Below, piece by piece: positions 10,187 to 20,422 of a DNA stretch of 64,000 nucleotides. The translations under genes and the position numbers were made by a program. Under the pieces are notes generated by a model. The model was not told where the DNA came from. It was given only the letters and a program-made list of their open reading frames with translations, and ran no database searches. Each line of letters opens with the position of its first letter. Positions within the stretch are counted from its first letter, which is position 1. Source of the stretch: an uncultured Candidatus Saccharibacteria bacterium (GTDB lineage: Bacteria; Patescibacteriota; Minisyncoccia; Phycocordibacterales; PALSA-1337); assembly GCA_964470105.1 (NCBI GenBank), contig CAYXZI010000001.1, forward strand, positions 37,521-101,520. Reading direction: 5' to 3'.

Positions 10187-11074
10187 ATGATATTAAATTT
10201 ACTTAAGAAACATAGTCTATTAGCCCTAGCTATGATAATAGTAGCACTTTCTATTCTTAGCTATATAAGTATATACAAGGTATCAAACCATGTATATTCA
10301 CTAGAGCAGAGTCTTGCTTCCACAACAGAACAATTAAAGGCAGAGATATCTAAAAACAAGGAAAATTCAACAAATGATGTATACCAACTAAGGCAAAATG
10401 TTAGCGCCATTGAAAAGAAGCTTGGTGTATACAAAGAAGAGGTTGGTAACTTTTCAGATACCGTGACAACACTGCAGAAATTAAGCAAGACAGATCCTGA
10501 ACTTCTGGCAAAATATTCGAAAATATTTTTTCTAAACGAAAACTATGCACCATCTAGACTAACTGAGGTTCCAAAAGAATATACATACTCAGATTCAAAA
10601 ATATTAAAGGTGCACAACATGGTTTGGCCTAAATTAGAAGACATGATTATTGCAGCAAAAGATAGTGGGGTCGAAATTTATGTATTTTCAGCATATAGAT
10701 CTTTTAATGAGCAGCAGGCCCTTAAGCAGGATTACAAGGTTATATACGGAGCTGGTACTGCAAACCAATTTTCTGCTGATCAGGGGTACTCAGAACATCA
10801 ATTGGGTACAACAGTGGATTTAATAACTCCAGGTATTGGTGGTGAACTTGATGGCTTTGAAAACACAAAAGCATTTACCTGGCTTAACGCAAATGCGTAC
10901 AAATACGGATTCATACTTTCATATCCGAAGAATAATAAGTTTTATGTGTATGAACCATGGCATTGGAGATTTGTTGGTATTAAGCTAGCAAAATATCTGC
11001 ACAATAAAGGTAAGAATTTCTACGATATGGATCAACGCGATATTGATGAATACCTGGTTTCAATCTTTGATTAA
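10187..11074 (+). CDS. VanY-like D-alanyl-D-alanine carboxypeptidase (peptidase M15B), membrane-anchored
   Basis: N-terminal TM segment and a coiled-coil region; SEHQLGTTVDL, YEPWHWRF (M15 metal-binding signatures). Confidence 0.7.
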   Translation: MILNLLKKHSLLALAMIIVALSILSYISIYKVSNHVYSLEQSLASTTEQLKAEISKNKENSTNDVYQLRQNVSAIEKKLGVYKEEVGNFSDTVTTLQKLSKTDPELLAKYSKIFFLNENYAPSRLTEVPKEYTYSDSKILKVHNMVWPKLEDMIIAAKDSGVEIYVFSAYRSFNEQQALKQDYKVIYGAGTANQFSADQGYSEHQLGTTVDLITPGIGGELDGFENTKAFTWLNANAYKYGFILSYPKNNKFYVYEPWHWRFVGIKLAKYLHNKGKNFYDMDQRDIDEYLVSIFD

Positions 11075-11079
11075 TAAAT

Positions 11080-12324
11080 ATGGATAAATTTGATGTGGTT
11101 GTAATAGGAGGAGGACCAGCTGGAATGATGGCGGCAGGTACTGCTGCAAAGAGAGGACTCAAAGTTGCTATACTTGAAAAAAACCCTTCTCTTGGTGTTA
11201 AACTTTTAATTACTGGTGGTGGTAGATGTAATGTTACAAATGCTGAATATGATGTGAGAACCTTTCTAAAGAAATATAAGGATAGTGATAAGTTTCTTTT
11301 TTCTGCATTCTCACAAATAAATGTAAAAGATGCTATTGATTTCTTCAATAATCGCGGAATGCAAACAAAAATTGAAGCCGAGAAACGTGTATTCCCAGTA
11401 ACTGACAAAGCTCAATCAGTTTGGGATGTGCTAGTTAATTATATGAAAGAAAATAATGTTGTTATAAAGACTGATTCAGCAGTAGTAGATTTTGAAATCA
11501 GTGACAATAAAGTTACAGGAGTGAAATTGAAGAATGGAAATATAATTACATCAAAATATTTTATTCTTGCAACTGGTGGAACCTCAAGACCAGAGACTGG
11601 CTCAACGGGTGATGGTTTTAACTGGCTAATGAAACTAGGTCATAATATTATTCCTTCAAATGAAGCACTTGTACCTATAGCACTTAAGGGTAACTGGTTT
11701 AAAAAAATATCTGGAGTTACTCTTAGAGACATAAAACTTACCACTTTTCAGAATAATCAAAAACAAGAAATTCATCACGGTAAGCTTCTTTTCACTCATT
11801 TTGGTATAAGTGGTCCTACGGTATTAAATATGAGTAAGGATATTGGAGAGTTATTAAAATACGGTGAGGTTGTCATTAAACTTGATTTACTCCCATCACT
11901 TGATCATGGAATGATGAACACTAAACTACAAGAGCTATTTAAGACTGACGACAAAAAAAAGATTAAGAACTCACTTGGAAACATAATACCATCGGCACTA
12001 GTAGACATAGTTCTTAATCTAACAAAAATAGATATTGAAAAAACATGTAATAGCATTAGTCGAGAAGAGAGACTTAGAATGATTGATATTATAAAAGGAA
12101 TACCTATGGAGGTTGATTACCTACTAGGTAAAGATAAAGCTATTGTATCGTCGGGTGGTGTAGACCTTTCAGAGGTAGATTTTAGAACAATGAAATCTCG
12201 GATAGTTGATAATCTATACCTGATAGGAGACATTCTAAATATCGATCGACCATCTGGGGGTTATAGCCTGCAACTATGTTGGACAACTGGTCTCGTGTCA
12301 GGAAATGCTGTGGGACGCGATTAG
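11080..12324 (+). CDS. HI0933/BaiN-family FAD-dependent oxidoreductase (aminoacetone oxidase-like)
   Basis: N-terminal DVVVIGGGPAGMMAA dinucleotide-binding motif; GGGRCNVTN, typical of the HI0933 family. Confidence 0.8.
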   Translation: MDKFDVVVIGGGPAGMMAAGTAAKRGLKVAILEKNPSLGVKLLITGGGRCNVTNAEYDVRTFLKKYKDSDKFLFSAFSQINVKDAIDFFNNRGMQTKIEAEKRVFPVTDKAQSVWDVLVNYMKENNVVIKTDSAVVDFEISDNKVTGVKLKNGNIITSKYFILATGGTSRPETGSTGDGFNWLMKLGHNIIPSNEALVPIALKGNWFKKISGVTLRDIKLTTFQNNQKQEIHHGKLLFTHFGISGPTVLNMSKDIGELLKYGEVVIKLDLLPSLDHGMMNTKLQELFKTDDKKKIKNSLGNIIPSALVDIVLNLTKIDIEKTCNSISREERLRMIDIIKGIPMEVDYLLGKDKAIVSSGGVDLSEVDFRTMKSRIVDNLYLIGDILNIDRPSGGYSLQLCWTTGLVSGNAVGRD

Positions 12325-12345
12325 AATATATGTTAATATATATTC

Positions 12346-12756
12346 ATGGAAATAAAGAAAAATAGTGATTTTGTTATTTTAATAATAGACGACGAAACGA
12401 CTATAACTAATACTCTAGCTGCAATATTAATTAAGGATGAATTTAATGTAATATCTGCATCTGATAGTATGATCGGACTGAACAAAGCTCTGGAGGAGAA
12501 ACCCGATCTAATACTATTAGACATATCTATGCCAAAAATGACTGGTATGGAGATGCTAAAAAAATTAAGAGAGAGTGGAGAATATGGAAAAAATGTAAAA
12601 GTTATACTACTAACCTCACTTACTGCTGATGATAAGATAATGAAAGGAATAGTTGAAAGCCAACCTTCTTTCTATTTAACCAAGAGCACATCCACAACAA
12701 AAGAGATAATCTCAAAAATAAAGGAGGCACTAGGAATACAGCCTACACAAATTTAG
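12346..12756 (+). CDS. Single-domain response regulator (CheY-like receiver)
   Basis: ILIIDDE... DLILLDISMP (phospho-acceptor Asp) ... KVILLTS; precedes a histidine kinase. Confidence 0.75.
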   Translation: MEIKKNSDFVILIIDDETTITNTLAAILIKDEFNVISASDSMIGLNKALEEKPDLILLDISMPKMTGMEMLKKLRESGEYGKNVKVILLTSLTADDKIMKGIVESQPSFYLTKSTSTTKEIISKIKEALGIQPTQI

Positions 12757-12766
12757 GTATTTAAAT

Positions 12767-14119
12767 ATGCTAAAAAATGAAAATAAAAAAGAGATCTCTG
12801 TTTTGAAACCATATATTTCGATACTGGTAATATTACTTATTGGTCTAGTATCTACATTTTATACAGTTAGATATGCGGGTGATTCAGTTAAAAAATCTTT
12901 AATTGAACACACGGAGCTAATGGCAACAACTCTAGACGTAAACATTATCAACTCCCTTTCTGGAGATGAGAGTGATGAAATTAAAACTGAGTATCTTGAA
13001 CTAAAATCAAAGTTGAAGGGTGTTACAAAGATTAATAGTGATATTAAATTTGTCTATATCACCAGCATGAGGAATGGTGAAGTATATTTCATTGCTGACT
13101 CAGAAAACAGTGATTCTCCTGACTATTCTCCGCCAGGTCAAGTGTATTTTGAAGCTACGGATACCTTTAGAAATGTCTTCGTAAATAAAAAGGGTGCAAT
13201 CGAAGGTCCGACGTCAGATCGTTGGGGATCTTGGATTAGTTCCCTATCACCTATATTAGACCCAAAATCAAATGAAGTTTTATATGTCGTTGGTATAGAT
13301 ATGAACTCTAGAAACTATTACACCACCCTATTCGTATATGGATCTATCCCTGCTTTGATCACCCTTTTGCTTTCAAGCCTAATCCTCTTTTTGTATAGAG
13401 AAAGACGCAAAGAAAAAGATTTACTAGCACTGAGATCTGAATTCGTATCTATAGTCGCACATGACCTTAGAACACCGCTGGTTGGAATAAAATGGTCACT
13501 TGACTATATGATTGAAAACGAAAGTCAAAATCTTAGCCAAAATCAAAAAGAAAGCCTAAAATTAATGCATAACTCTAGTGTTGAACTCCTAAAAACCGCT
13601 AATCAAATTCTTGAGTCTACTGAAATGGAAAGGAAAAATGCTAAATCTCTGATTCTTAAAAAAGTAGATATTGTATCGATGCTAGATGAGATTACGGCAG
13701 TCTTTATAATACCCGCAAAAGAGAAGGATATTGCATTAGTTAGAAGCGGTACACTTCCAAAAGAACTTAATGTGGTCTGTGATCAGGTTAAAATTAAAAG
13801 AGCAATATCTAATATCATATCTAATGCAATTAAGTATTCATCAGCTGGGAAAACAGTCACGATTGGTTATAGATCGACACCAAATACACATATTATAAGT
13901 GTTACTGACCAAGGAATAGGTATAGCGACAAGTGAACATAGTAATATGTTCAAAGAATTCTATAGAACATCTAAAGCGTCACATACATCATACGGTACAG
14001 GCTTAGGTCTCTATTATGTAAAAAAGATTATGGAATTACACAAAGGCCGTGTATGGTTTGAATCGAGTGAGGATACTGGTACCACATTCTTCTTAGAGAT
14101 ACCTAACAACCTAGGTTAA
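12767..14119 (+). CDS. Sensor histidine kinase with an extracytoplasmic sensor domain
   Basis: Two TM segments flank a ~270-aa extracytoplasmic domain; H-box HDLRTPL; HATPase_c motifs (NAIKYS, GTGLGLYYVKKIMELHKGRVW). Confidence 0.8.
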   Translation: MLKNENKKEISVLKPYISILVILLIGLVSTFYTVRYAGDSVKKSLIEHTELMATTLDVNIINSLSGDESDEIKTEYLELKSKLKGVTKINSDIKFVYITSMRNGEVYFIADSENSDSPDYSPPGQVYFEATDTFRNVFVNKKGAIEGPTSDRWGSWISSLSPILDPKSNEVLYVVGIDMNSRNYYTTLFVYGSIPALITLLLSSLILFLYRERRKEKDLLALRSEFVSIVAHDLRTPLVGIKWSLDYMIENESQNLSQNQKESLKLMHNSSVELLKTANQILESTEMERKNAKSLILKKVDIVSMLDEITAVFIIPAKEKDIALVRSGTLPKELNVVCDQVKIKRAISNIISNAIKYSSAGKTVTIGYRSTPNTHIISVTDQGIGIATSEHSNMFKEFYRTSKASHTSYGTGLGLYYVKKIMELHKGRVWFESSEDTGTTFFLEIPNNLG

Positions 14120-14121
14120 TA

Positions 14122-15567
14122 TTACTTCTCTAGATCTAGTATTTCGTCTATCCTAATTTTCTCCACAAACTCTGGAACGTGAGATACCAGTATCATTGCT
14201 CCCTCATACTTATTCAATGCATCTGCGATAAGTGGTATATGACGGAAGTTAATATGATTAGTTGGTTCATCTAGTATTAAAAGTCCTGGACGTTCAAGAA
14301 CAAGTCTGGCAAATGCCACCAGTCCCTTTTGTCCTTCAGACAAGCTACCAACTTTAACATTCATTACATCACTTGTTATAAGAAAACCAGCAGCAACTGA
14401 TCTCATCTCTTCTTCATTCTTTTTTTCTGTGACCTGTATCAGTGAATCATGTACAGTATCTTCGAAATTGAGTGTAGAAAAATCTTGTCTGTAATATCCA
14501 ACACGCACATTCTCTGCAATGACAGATCCTGTACCACCCTCAGCTATAGTCTGAAGAAGTGTACTTTTCCCTATACCATTTGGACCACGCAGTAATAGAT
14601 GAGTATTTCTCTTAAGAGAAATGGATGTCTTTCGATTTGTAGCTTTATGATTATGTATAACCTTATACGAATTAATTTTTAAAATTTCACCAATAATTTC
14701 TGGCTGTGCAGGTATGACAAAAGGTTTAATTGTCTTGTCTTCCCTTCTAACATCAACCATTTCCTCTTCTAAAGCCTCAGCTTTTTCTCTCATTCTTTTA
14801 GCCACGAGTCTCATTTGACCACCTTTATTTGCAAAGAAGCCAGCCTTATCTTTATTTTCTTGTATTTCTTTAGCTAACTGAGCATTCTTCATATTTTCTT
14901 TCTCAATACGTGAAGATATCTGCTTAACTACATCAAAGTAGTTTCCAAAGTATTGCTCAATCTTTTTTGTATATACATCAAGATATAGAACCCCATCGGT
15001 AAATGAATTAAGAAAATCCGCATCATGGGATATTACAATAACTGTTTTACTGTATTTTCTTAGAAAGTCGGTAAGATGTTCAATACCTGCCTTATCGAGG
15101 TTGTTTGTAGGCTCATCAAGAAGTAATAGATCAGGATTTTGTATTATAGCTGAAGCAAGTAGCAAACGTGCTTGCTGTCCTCCCGAAAAGGATCTAATGA
15201 TGCGATCAAAAGGTGCATTAAAATTAACAACTTCCAAAACCTCCTTTATTTTTACATCTATATCATAGATCTTTTTGCTAAAGCTCTTTTCAAAGAACTC
15301 TCGAAGTGTTAGATCTAGATACTCACGAGGAATCACCTGCTTTGCTAAAGCAATTGATACTCCATTAGATATATTAATCTTTCCTGATTCAGGTTTACTG
15401 TATCCAGTAATTAAACCGAATAGAGTGCTTTTTCCAGCACCATTCTGCCCCATCAAAGTCACTTTCATTCCGTTCCTCACAGAGAAACTGACCTCATCTA
15501 GTATGGGTTTATTATGACCAAATTCAAATGAGACTTCGTCGAAGCTAAGAATTATTTCTTTAGACAT
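14122..15567 (-). CDS. ABC-F family ATPase (two tandem ABC domains, no TMD)
   Basis: Two Walker A motifs (GQNGAGKST, GPNGIGKST) and two signature motifs (LSGGQQ, LSEGQK) with an inter-domain linker. Confidence 0.85.
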   Translation of the reverse strand: MSKEIILSFDEVSFEFGHNKPILDEVSFSVRNGMKVTLMGQNGAGKSTLFGLITGYSKPESGKINISNGVSIALAKQVIPREYLDLTLREFFEKSFSKKIYDIDVKIKEVLEVVNFNAPFDRIIRSFSGGQQARLLLASAIIQNPDLLLLDEPTNNLDKAGIEHLTDFLRKYSKTVIVISHDADFLNSFTDGVLYLDVYTKKIEQYFGNYFDVVKQISSRIEKENMKNAQLAKEIQENKDKAGFFANKGGQMRLVAKRMREKAEALEEEMVDVRREDKTIKPFVIPAQPEIIGEILKINSYKVIHNHKATNRKTSISLKRNTHLLLRGPNGIGKSTLLQTIAEGGTGSVIAENVRVGYYRQDFSTLNFEDTVHDSLIQVTEKKNEEEMRSVAAGFLITSDVMNVKVGSLSEGQKGLVAFARLVLERPGLLILDEPTNHINFRHIPLIADALNKYEGAMILVSHVPEFVEKIRIDEILDLEK

Positions 15568-15570
15568 GCT

Positions 15571-15987
15571 TTAGAGCATATCATGAGTTCTAATTTTATC
15601 AACAGATAGCTTGTCATACCCATTTGCAAAGATTGCTATGGCAGACAGTGTAAGACCAAAGTCTCTAACCCCTATAGCTCCATAACCGACTGTAAATGTA
15701 ATGTCCAAAAGATGTAGAGCAACCAGTAGTGCTACTGGTCTGGTATAGAATCCGACAAGAAGTAGCAGACCAAAGACTATTTCAAACCATGCATTAAGAT
15801 ATATTAAAGCAACCTGACTTATGGGTAAAGACTGAGTCCACTCAGGTAGTACTGATAGCCAAGATAATGGATTTTGCATCTGTTGAAACCCGAACCAAAG
15901 CACAACAAGAGATATACCGATACGCACAATTGCAGGTGCGTATGGAATTAGTGAATTTAACTTTTGGTTAATTGACTGTATATTCAT
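15571..15987 (-). CDS. DoxX family membrane protein
   Basis: 138 aa, 4 TM segments; RIGISLVVLWFGFQQ and FEIVFGLLLLVGFYTRPVALL resemble DoxX. Confidence 0.65.
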   Translation of the reverse strand: MNIQSINQKLNSLIPYAPAIVRIGISLVVLWFGFQQMQNPLSWLSVLPEWTQSLPISQVALIYLNAWFEIVFGLLLLVGFYTRPVALLVALHLLDITFTVGYGAIGVRDFGLTLSAIAIFANGYDKLSVDKIRTHDML

Positions 15988-15992
15988 ATATT

Positions 15993-16424
15993 TTATTTAA
16001 GTACTCCAATCTCAAACGCCGCAAGCTCATTAGCAGGTCTTTTTTGTTGCCCATGTACACCATTATACGCAGTACTTCCGTCTATACCGCATAGAGAAAT
16101 TATGGCACTAGATCCACCTGGATGTTTCGATATCCAAGATGTTAAGTTATACACCTTACCATTTATAGCTGACCAGCAGTCTGTTGAGTTATTATGTTTA
16201 GATACCTCAGCTAAAGGAAATGGTGGCGTTACCGCACTCTGTGTAGGTGGCTGTGTACTTACTGGATTATCTTTTATCACAGGCTTATTTACAGGAGCAC
16301 TAACAACCGGAACAGTTACAGGAGTTTTATCAGCACTATTTTTTGGATTACGTACAACTATAACAATGGCACCAATAACAAATACTACAGCAACGAGTGC
16401 AATTATAATTTTGCTATTCTTCAT
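15993..16424 (-). CDS. Membrane-anchored cytochrome b5-like heme-binding domain protein
   Basis: N-terminal TM segment and Pro/Thr-rich linker; C-terminal HNNSTDCWSAINGKVYNLTSWISKHPGG matches the cyt-b5 HPGG core. Confidence 0.55.
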   Translation of the reverse strand: MKNSKIIIALVAVVFVIGAIVIVVRNPKNSADKTPVTVPVVSAPVNKPVIKDNPVSTQPPTQSAVTPPFPLAEVSKHNNSTDCWSAINGKVYNLTSWISKHPGGSSAIISLCGIDGSTAYNGVHGQQKRPANELAAFEIGVLK

Positions 16425-16450
16425 TTATTTGTTTTGTTAAACTAATAAAA

Positions 16451-16708
16451 CTAAGATAGATGCTTTGAAACAAGCTTTGTCATTTCAAACATATTTACCA
16501 TATCTTTTCCACCAAAAACCTTCTTAAGAGTAGCATCAGCATTTATATTTCTCTTATTCTTTGGATCCTGAAGATTCTTATCCTTGATATATACCCAAAG
16601 CTTCTTAACGACCTCAGAACGAGGCATAGGTCCCTTTCCGACAACTGCTGCTAGGTCAGCACTGACTGTCATCGGTTTCATAAATGCAGAATTTGTTTTT
16701 GTTGCCAT
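16451..16708 (-). CDS. SWIB/MDM2 domain protein
   Basis: 85 aa; PRSEVVKKLWVYIKDKNLQDPKNKRNINADATLKKVFG matches the SWIB consensus. Confidence 0.7.
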   Translation of the reverse strand: MATKTNSAFMKPMTVSADLAAVVGKGPMPRSEVVKKLWVYIKDKNLQDPKNKRNINADATLKKVFGGKDMVNMFEMTKLVSKHLS

Positions 16709-16787
16709 ATATTTTTCTCCAAATGGAGTGTTTAATTGATTATTTAATAACGTCGGTATTATAGCACAGCATAATGCAGATACACCA

Positions 16788-17234
16788 CTACATATTAAAA
16801 CTCACCTTATCGTCAACATCTAGGTAGTCAAACAAAGTAGTCTTCATAGGATCAAGATTTAGTCTCTTACATTCACCGATAAACCAATCTTTCTTGTTAG
16901 GATCTGTTGAGTATGAGTAATCTGTCTTAAATGCATCTGACCATGCCTTAATCTCAGCATCGGTCTTTTTAATACCACTATTCTTTACCCAATTAGCAAT
17001 TTCTTCATCAGTATGATTCTCTAAAACATAATTTTTAAAGTCATCTCCCTTTATACCCATAAACTTAAAGAGTGTATTATCAAGTGGACAATCAAAATGA
17101 TATTCTCCATTCATACCATTAATATATGCTCTGCACTTATCAATTGTTCTGGCGATAATTGCTAATCCCCCTATCCTTTCATACGCACTTCTTGGTGCTT
17201 GCTTCGTAAGATCTTTTGAAATTATTTTACTCAT
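16788..17234 (-). CDS. DUF5069-like protein
   Basis: APRSAYERIGGLAIIARTIDKCRAYINGMNGEYHFDCPLD resembles the DUF5069 N-terminal motif. Confidence 0.45.
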   Translation of the reverse strand: MSKIISKDLTKQAPRSAYERIGGLAIIARTIDKCRAYINGMNGEYHFDCPLDNTLFKFMGIKGDDFKNYVLENHTDEEIANWVKNSGIKKTDAEIKAWSDAFKTDYSYSTDPNKKDWFIGECKRLNLDPMKTTLFDYLDVDDKVSFNM

Positions 17235-17320
17235 ATTTATTTTTTAATGATTAATGTAGTAATTATAGTCTAATACTTTACTTTGTAAAGTATTTACATA
17301 TGTGTTAGAATGTGGTTAAT

Positions 17321-17650
17321 ATGCTAAGAACAAAGAAGCAAATCTCTGGTATATGCAGTGAGTGCCCACTTGCTAAAACAGCCAATATTATTGGTGATAC
17401 TTTTACCCTACTAATTGTGAGGGATCTTTTGGTTAAACCTAAAAGGTTTAGTGAGATTGAAAAATCACTGGTTGGTGTTAGCTCTAGGACAATAACTAAT
17501 AAGCTTATATTTTTGGAAAAGCAGGATATAATTACCAGACATAAATTTTCTGAAAAACCTCCTAGAGTAGAATATACTTTGACAAAAAAGGGTGTGGCAC
17601 TAGGTAAAATTATTGATACCATGAGAAGCTATGGTAATAAGTATCTCTAA
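17321..17650 (+). CDS. HxlR-family winged-helix transcriptional regulator
   Basis: CPLAKTANIIGDTFTLLIVRDLLVKPKRFSEI...SSRTITNKLIFLEKQDIITR...PRVEYTLTKKG. The track ORF begins at GTG 17312; the first ATG is at 17321. Confidence 0.7.
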   Translation: MLRTKKQISGICSECPLAKTANIIGDTFTLLIVRDLLVKPKRFSEIEKSLVGVSSRTITNKLIFLEKQDIITRHKFSEKPPRVEYTLTKKGVALGKIIDTMRSYGNKYL

Positions 17651-18150
17651 GGATCGCCATAACAACCAGGACTATACCATATAGTTGGTGTGCCATTAAA
17701 TGGACCGAGTGAAGTTCTTCCACTGTCACCAATACAGAAGAATGTATTACCTGTTGAAGGCATGACAACCATTAGAGAATATGATTGTGCCCCGCCAGTA
17801 ACTGGTGCTCCCACAAATAAGCGATTACCACTAGATCCAAGTTTATTTTTTATACTATTACACAATTCTGTTATTTTGGAACTATAGTTACCGGCAAAAG
17901 CAGTTGCTGGTGTACATGGCACAGTATCACTAATAATCCATCCTCTCTGTAGATTTGTATAGCTTGAACTGTCAGAGTACTCAAGCGCCATCAATGTTGA
18001 GATTTGTCTTAACTCATACATTACAGCAGAATCTTTTGCTTTCCCTCTAGCAGAAGAGAGGGCAGCAAGTACAACTGAACTCAGTAAACCAACTATAGAT
18101 ATCACCACCATTAATTCAATGAGTGTAAAACCTTTTTGACCAGAATTCAT
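17647..18150 (-). CDS. Type IV pilin (prepilin with class III signal peptide)
   Basis: MNSGQKG|FTLIELMVVISIVGLL: a short leader and a G-F-T-L-I-E cleavage/methylation motif; the C-terminal region is Cys-containing. The ATG is at 18148-18150 (the track ORF starts at the upstream GTG). Confidence 0.8.
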   Translation of the reverse strand: MNSGQKGFTLIELMVVISIVGLLSSVVLAALSSARGKAKDSAVMYELRQISTLMALEYSDSSSYTNLQRGWIISDTVPCTPATAFAGNYSSKITELCNSIKNKLGSSGNRLFVGAPVTGGAQSYSLMVVMPSTGNTFFCIGDSGRTSLGPFNGTPTIWYSPGCYGDP

Positions 18151-18192
18151 ATACACATATTATAACCTCAAAATATAATTCCACAATACAAA

Positions 18193-18750
18193 CTATTCAT
18201 ATCTATCGAAATTAAAATATCTCAATTTACCAACAGGTATGTTGTAGATATTTTCAATAACCCATCTAGCGTTATGGAAGTCAGCATTCTTCCAATCCAA
18301 ATCGATAGATTTTGCCGCATCCTTCAACACTTGTTCTGAATCACCCTCTATCTCAATATATGTTGGTATCTTTGGCCAAGTGTCTATATCAAAAGTAGCT
18401 CCGTTGAGTTTTAGTGTATGTCTCTTCTTTTGTTGATGCCTGTAAGGTAGTAGACCGATCTTTTCAAACATTAATTCAGCTTTTTCCAAATCATCTATTT
18501 TAAACTCAATCTCATATGTACCATCAACAGTGTGTTCTCTATGTTCTTTATATGTGAGTTTTGTGGTATTCCCAAACCTTCTAAGACGTACGAATCTCTG
18601 TTCATCTCTCCATTTTAAATCTTTATCATATATAATTGTTTCCTCAAGCATTACTTCACCTTCATCGATAGCCCCAAGACTTAGAAGTTTCTTTACAATC
18701 TTCTCCTTATCTATCTCTAGGAATCTACACTCTATTTCCTGATTTGTCAT
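18193..18750 (-). CDS. CYTH domain protein (CyaB/thiamine-triphosphatase-like)
   Basis: N-terminal EIECRFLEID (ExExK-type CYTH start) and an acidic mid-region typical of CYTH tunnels. Confidence 0.55.
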   Translation of the reverse strand: MTNQEIECRFLEIDKEKIVKKLLSLGAIDEGEVMLEETIIYDKDLKWRDEQRFVRLRRFGNTTKLTYKEHREHTVDGTYEIEFKIDDLEKAELMFEKIGLLPYRHQQKKRHTLKLNGATFDIDTWPKIPTYIEIEGDSEQVLKDAAKSIDLDWKNADFHNARWVIENIYNIPVGKLRYFNFDRYE

Positions 18751-18770
18751 TTACATATATTATCATGTAT

Positions 18771-19601
18771 CTATTTAAATAGCTTAGAGAAGTCCTCATG
18801 CTTCATTTCGTAGTTAAATCCTGGTACTTTTTCCTGAAGTCTTCCATTTCTATCCTTATCATACTTCAAAGTATTCTTTAGCTGAACAAAGCACACAGCT
18901 GAATATCTACCGACGATAGCTGTCTCCGTATTAGCTATGACTCTATGACATAAAGCTTTTAACTCTCCCTTTGATCTCAATTGCATTTGCATAGCTGGAA
19001 TTATGACAGTCTCACCTTCTGATACCGGCATATCTATCCATTTCCCATTATATGTTAAACATTGTAGACCAGGTGCACTTTCAAACAGGTGTAGAGTGAA
19101 TCCACTTTGATCACAATGAGATACAGCTGTCTCTTCATCTGTCTGTCTATCTCCGAAATAGTGAATGAAGCGGACAAAATAGTTTACTTCACTCTGATCT
19201 ACCTCGCCTGTAAAACCTTTGAGATCAAACTCATTTTCACATTCACGAGCAAAATCAAGTATGAGGGGTTTAATTAAACCCACAAGATTGGTTGAATTCT
19301 TAATGAAGTCTAGAACAATTGGGTTATCTATATTCCTACTGTTTTTCTTTAACCATTCTTGACCAATAGTTGTTACATCAAAATTTTCCTTCCTGTCTGC
19401 TCTATTCCCCACTCCTTCTTTAAACTCATAACCCACTCCATCGGCATTGTTGCTATATGGCAAACCTTTTTTAATATCTATTGATAGATTGCAGAATGTT
19501 TTCCAAGATTCTACTGTCTTGTTGACCTCCCTTCTTAATTCTTTCGGATATGAAAGAGATACAAAACCCTTTGTTTTTAATTCTTTTATATTTGTTTTCA
19601 T
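18771..19601 (-). CDS. 2-oxoglutarate/Fe(II)-dependent oxygenase superfamily protein
   Basis: HCDQSGFTLHL...GLQCL..GKW (HxD ... G.QV), a distal His (CHRV) and RYSAVCF (RxS) in the expected order. Confidence 0.5.
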   Translation of the reverse strand: MKTNIKELKTKGFVSLSYPKELRREVNKTVESWKTFCNLSIDIKKGLPYSNNADGVGYEFKEGVGNRADRKENFDVTTIGQEWLKKNSRNIDNPIVLDFIKNSTNLVGLIKPLILDFARECENEFDLKGFTGEVDQSEVNYFVRFIHYFGDRQTDEETAVSHCDQSGFTLHLFESAPGLQCLTYNGKWIDMPVSEGETVIIPAMQMQLRSKGELKALCHRVIANTETAIVGRYSAVCFVQLKNTLKYDKDRNGRLQEKVPGFNYEMKHEDFSKLFK

Positions 19602-19657
19602 AAACTCAGCATACCACCATGATATATACTAAGAAGAGAGGATCTCTTCGGTAAGTG

Positions 19658-20365
19658 TTAATTATCAGATTGAATATTCTCATCAAAGAAAAATGGTAGT
19701 TTTTGTATTCTTCCACTCTTAATTGCCTTCAAAACCTTTACAATACTCTTTATGGAATCATATTCTGTTGATTCGTTTTTAATTGCCTGACTGATTGGCA
19801 CCCACATATTATGTCCGAAATCTGAATCAACAAGCAGATCACCTGAATATGAATTAGCATATGTAATTGGAAACAGAACATCAGAAAATATGTCCCCATT
19901 CATATACATCACTCTTCTTTCACAACCTATAAACTTTAGTTTTGCCTTTAAACCTGTTTCCTCTTCTAGTTTTCTCTTTGCAGCCAATTCAATTAATTCT
20001 CCTTTTTGAACAACACCTCCCATTACCCCAACTTTCCCATATGAAGGATTGGATTTTCTGATCTGATTAAGAATTTCTATCTTTCCATTAACTACTCTGG
20101 ATACAATAGTTATGACATTTACCTTAAACAGACTAGTTATTGGATTTGATATATATGGATCTGCTACATGTTTAATACCGATAACTGAAAGAGTGTACCC
20201 ATCTTCAAACTTATCAACTACTCCTTTCTTAACTAAGTGCTGTAGATGATAGTTAAAGAGATCATTAGCAACACCTCTTGGATGTAGCTCGCTATACTTC
20301 AAAATCTTAGCATTCTTGAGTCTTGAAAGAATGTGATTCTGTATTGGTGAAAGATTCTTTAACAT
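19658..20365 (-). CDS. NUDIX hydrolase with an N-terminal winged-helix domain
   Basis: Nudix box GVMGGVVQKGELIELAAKRKLEEETGL (Gx5Ex7REuxEExGu); the N-terminal ~70 aa are wHTH-like. Confidence 0.7.
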   Translation of the reverse strand: MLKNLSPIQNHILSRLKNAKILKYSELHPRGVANDLFNYHLQHLVKKGVVDKFEDGYTLSVIGIKHVADPYISNPITSLFKVNVITIVSRVVNGKIEILNQIRKSNPSYGKVGVMGGVVQKGELIELAAKRKLEEETGLKAKLKFIGCERRVMYMNGDIFSDVLFPITYANSYSGDLLVDSDFGHNMWVPISQAIKNESTEYDSIKSIVKVLKAIKSGRIQKLPFFFDENIQSDN

Positions 20366-20422
20366 AACGTTAGATTAAGTCTGCGTATGCAAAAAGTCAA
20401 TTAACTATGATATATTAGAAAT

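Noticed and set aside
17305-17622. 105-aa minus-strand ORF.
   Set aside because: It is antisense to the HxlR-family regulator gene, which has clear wHTH motifs.
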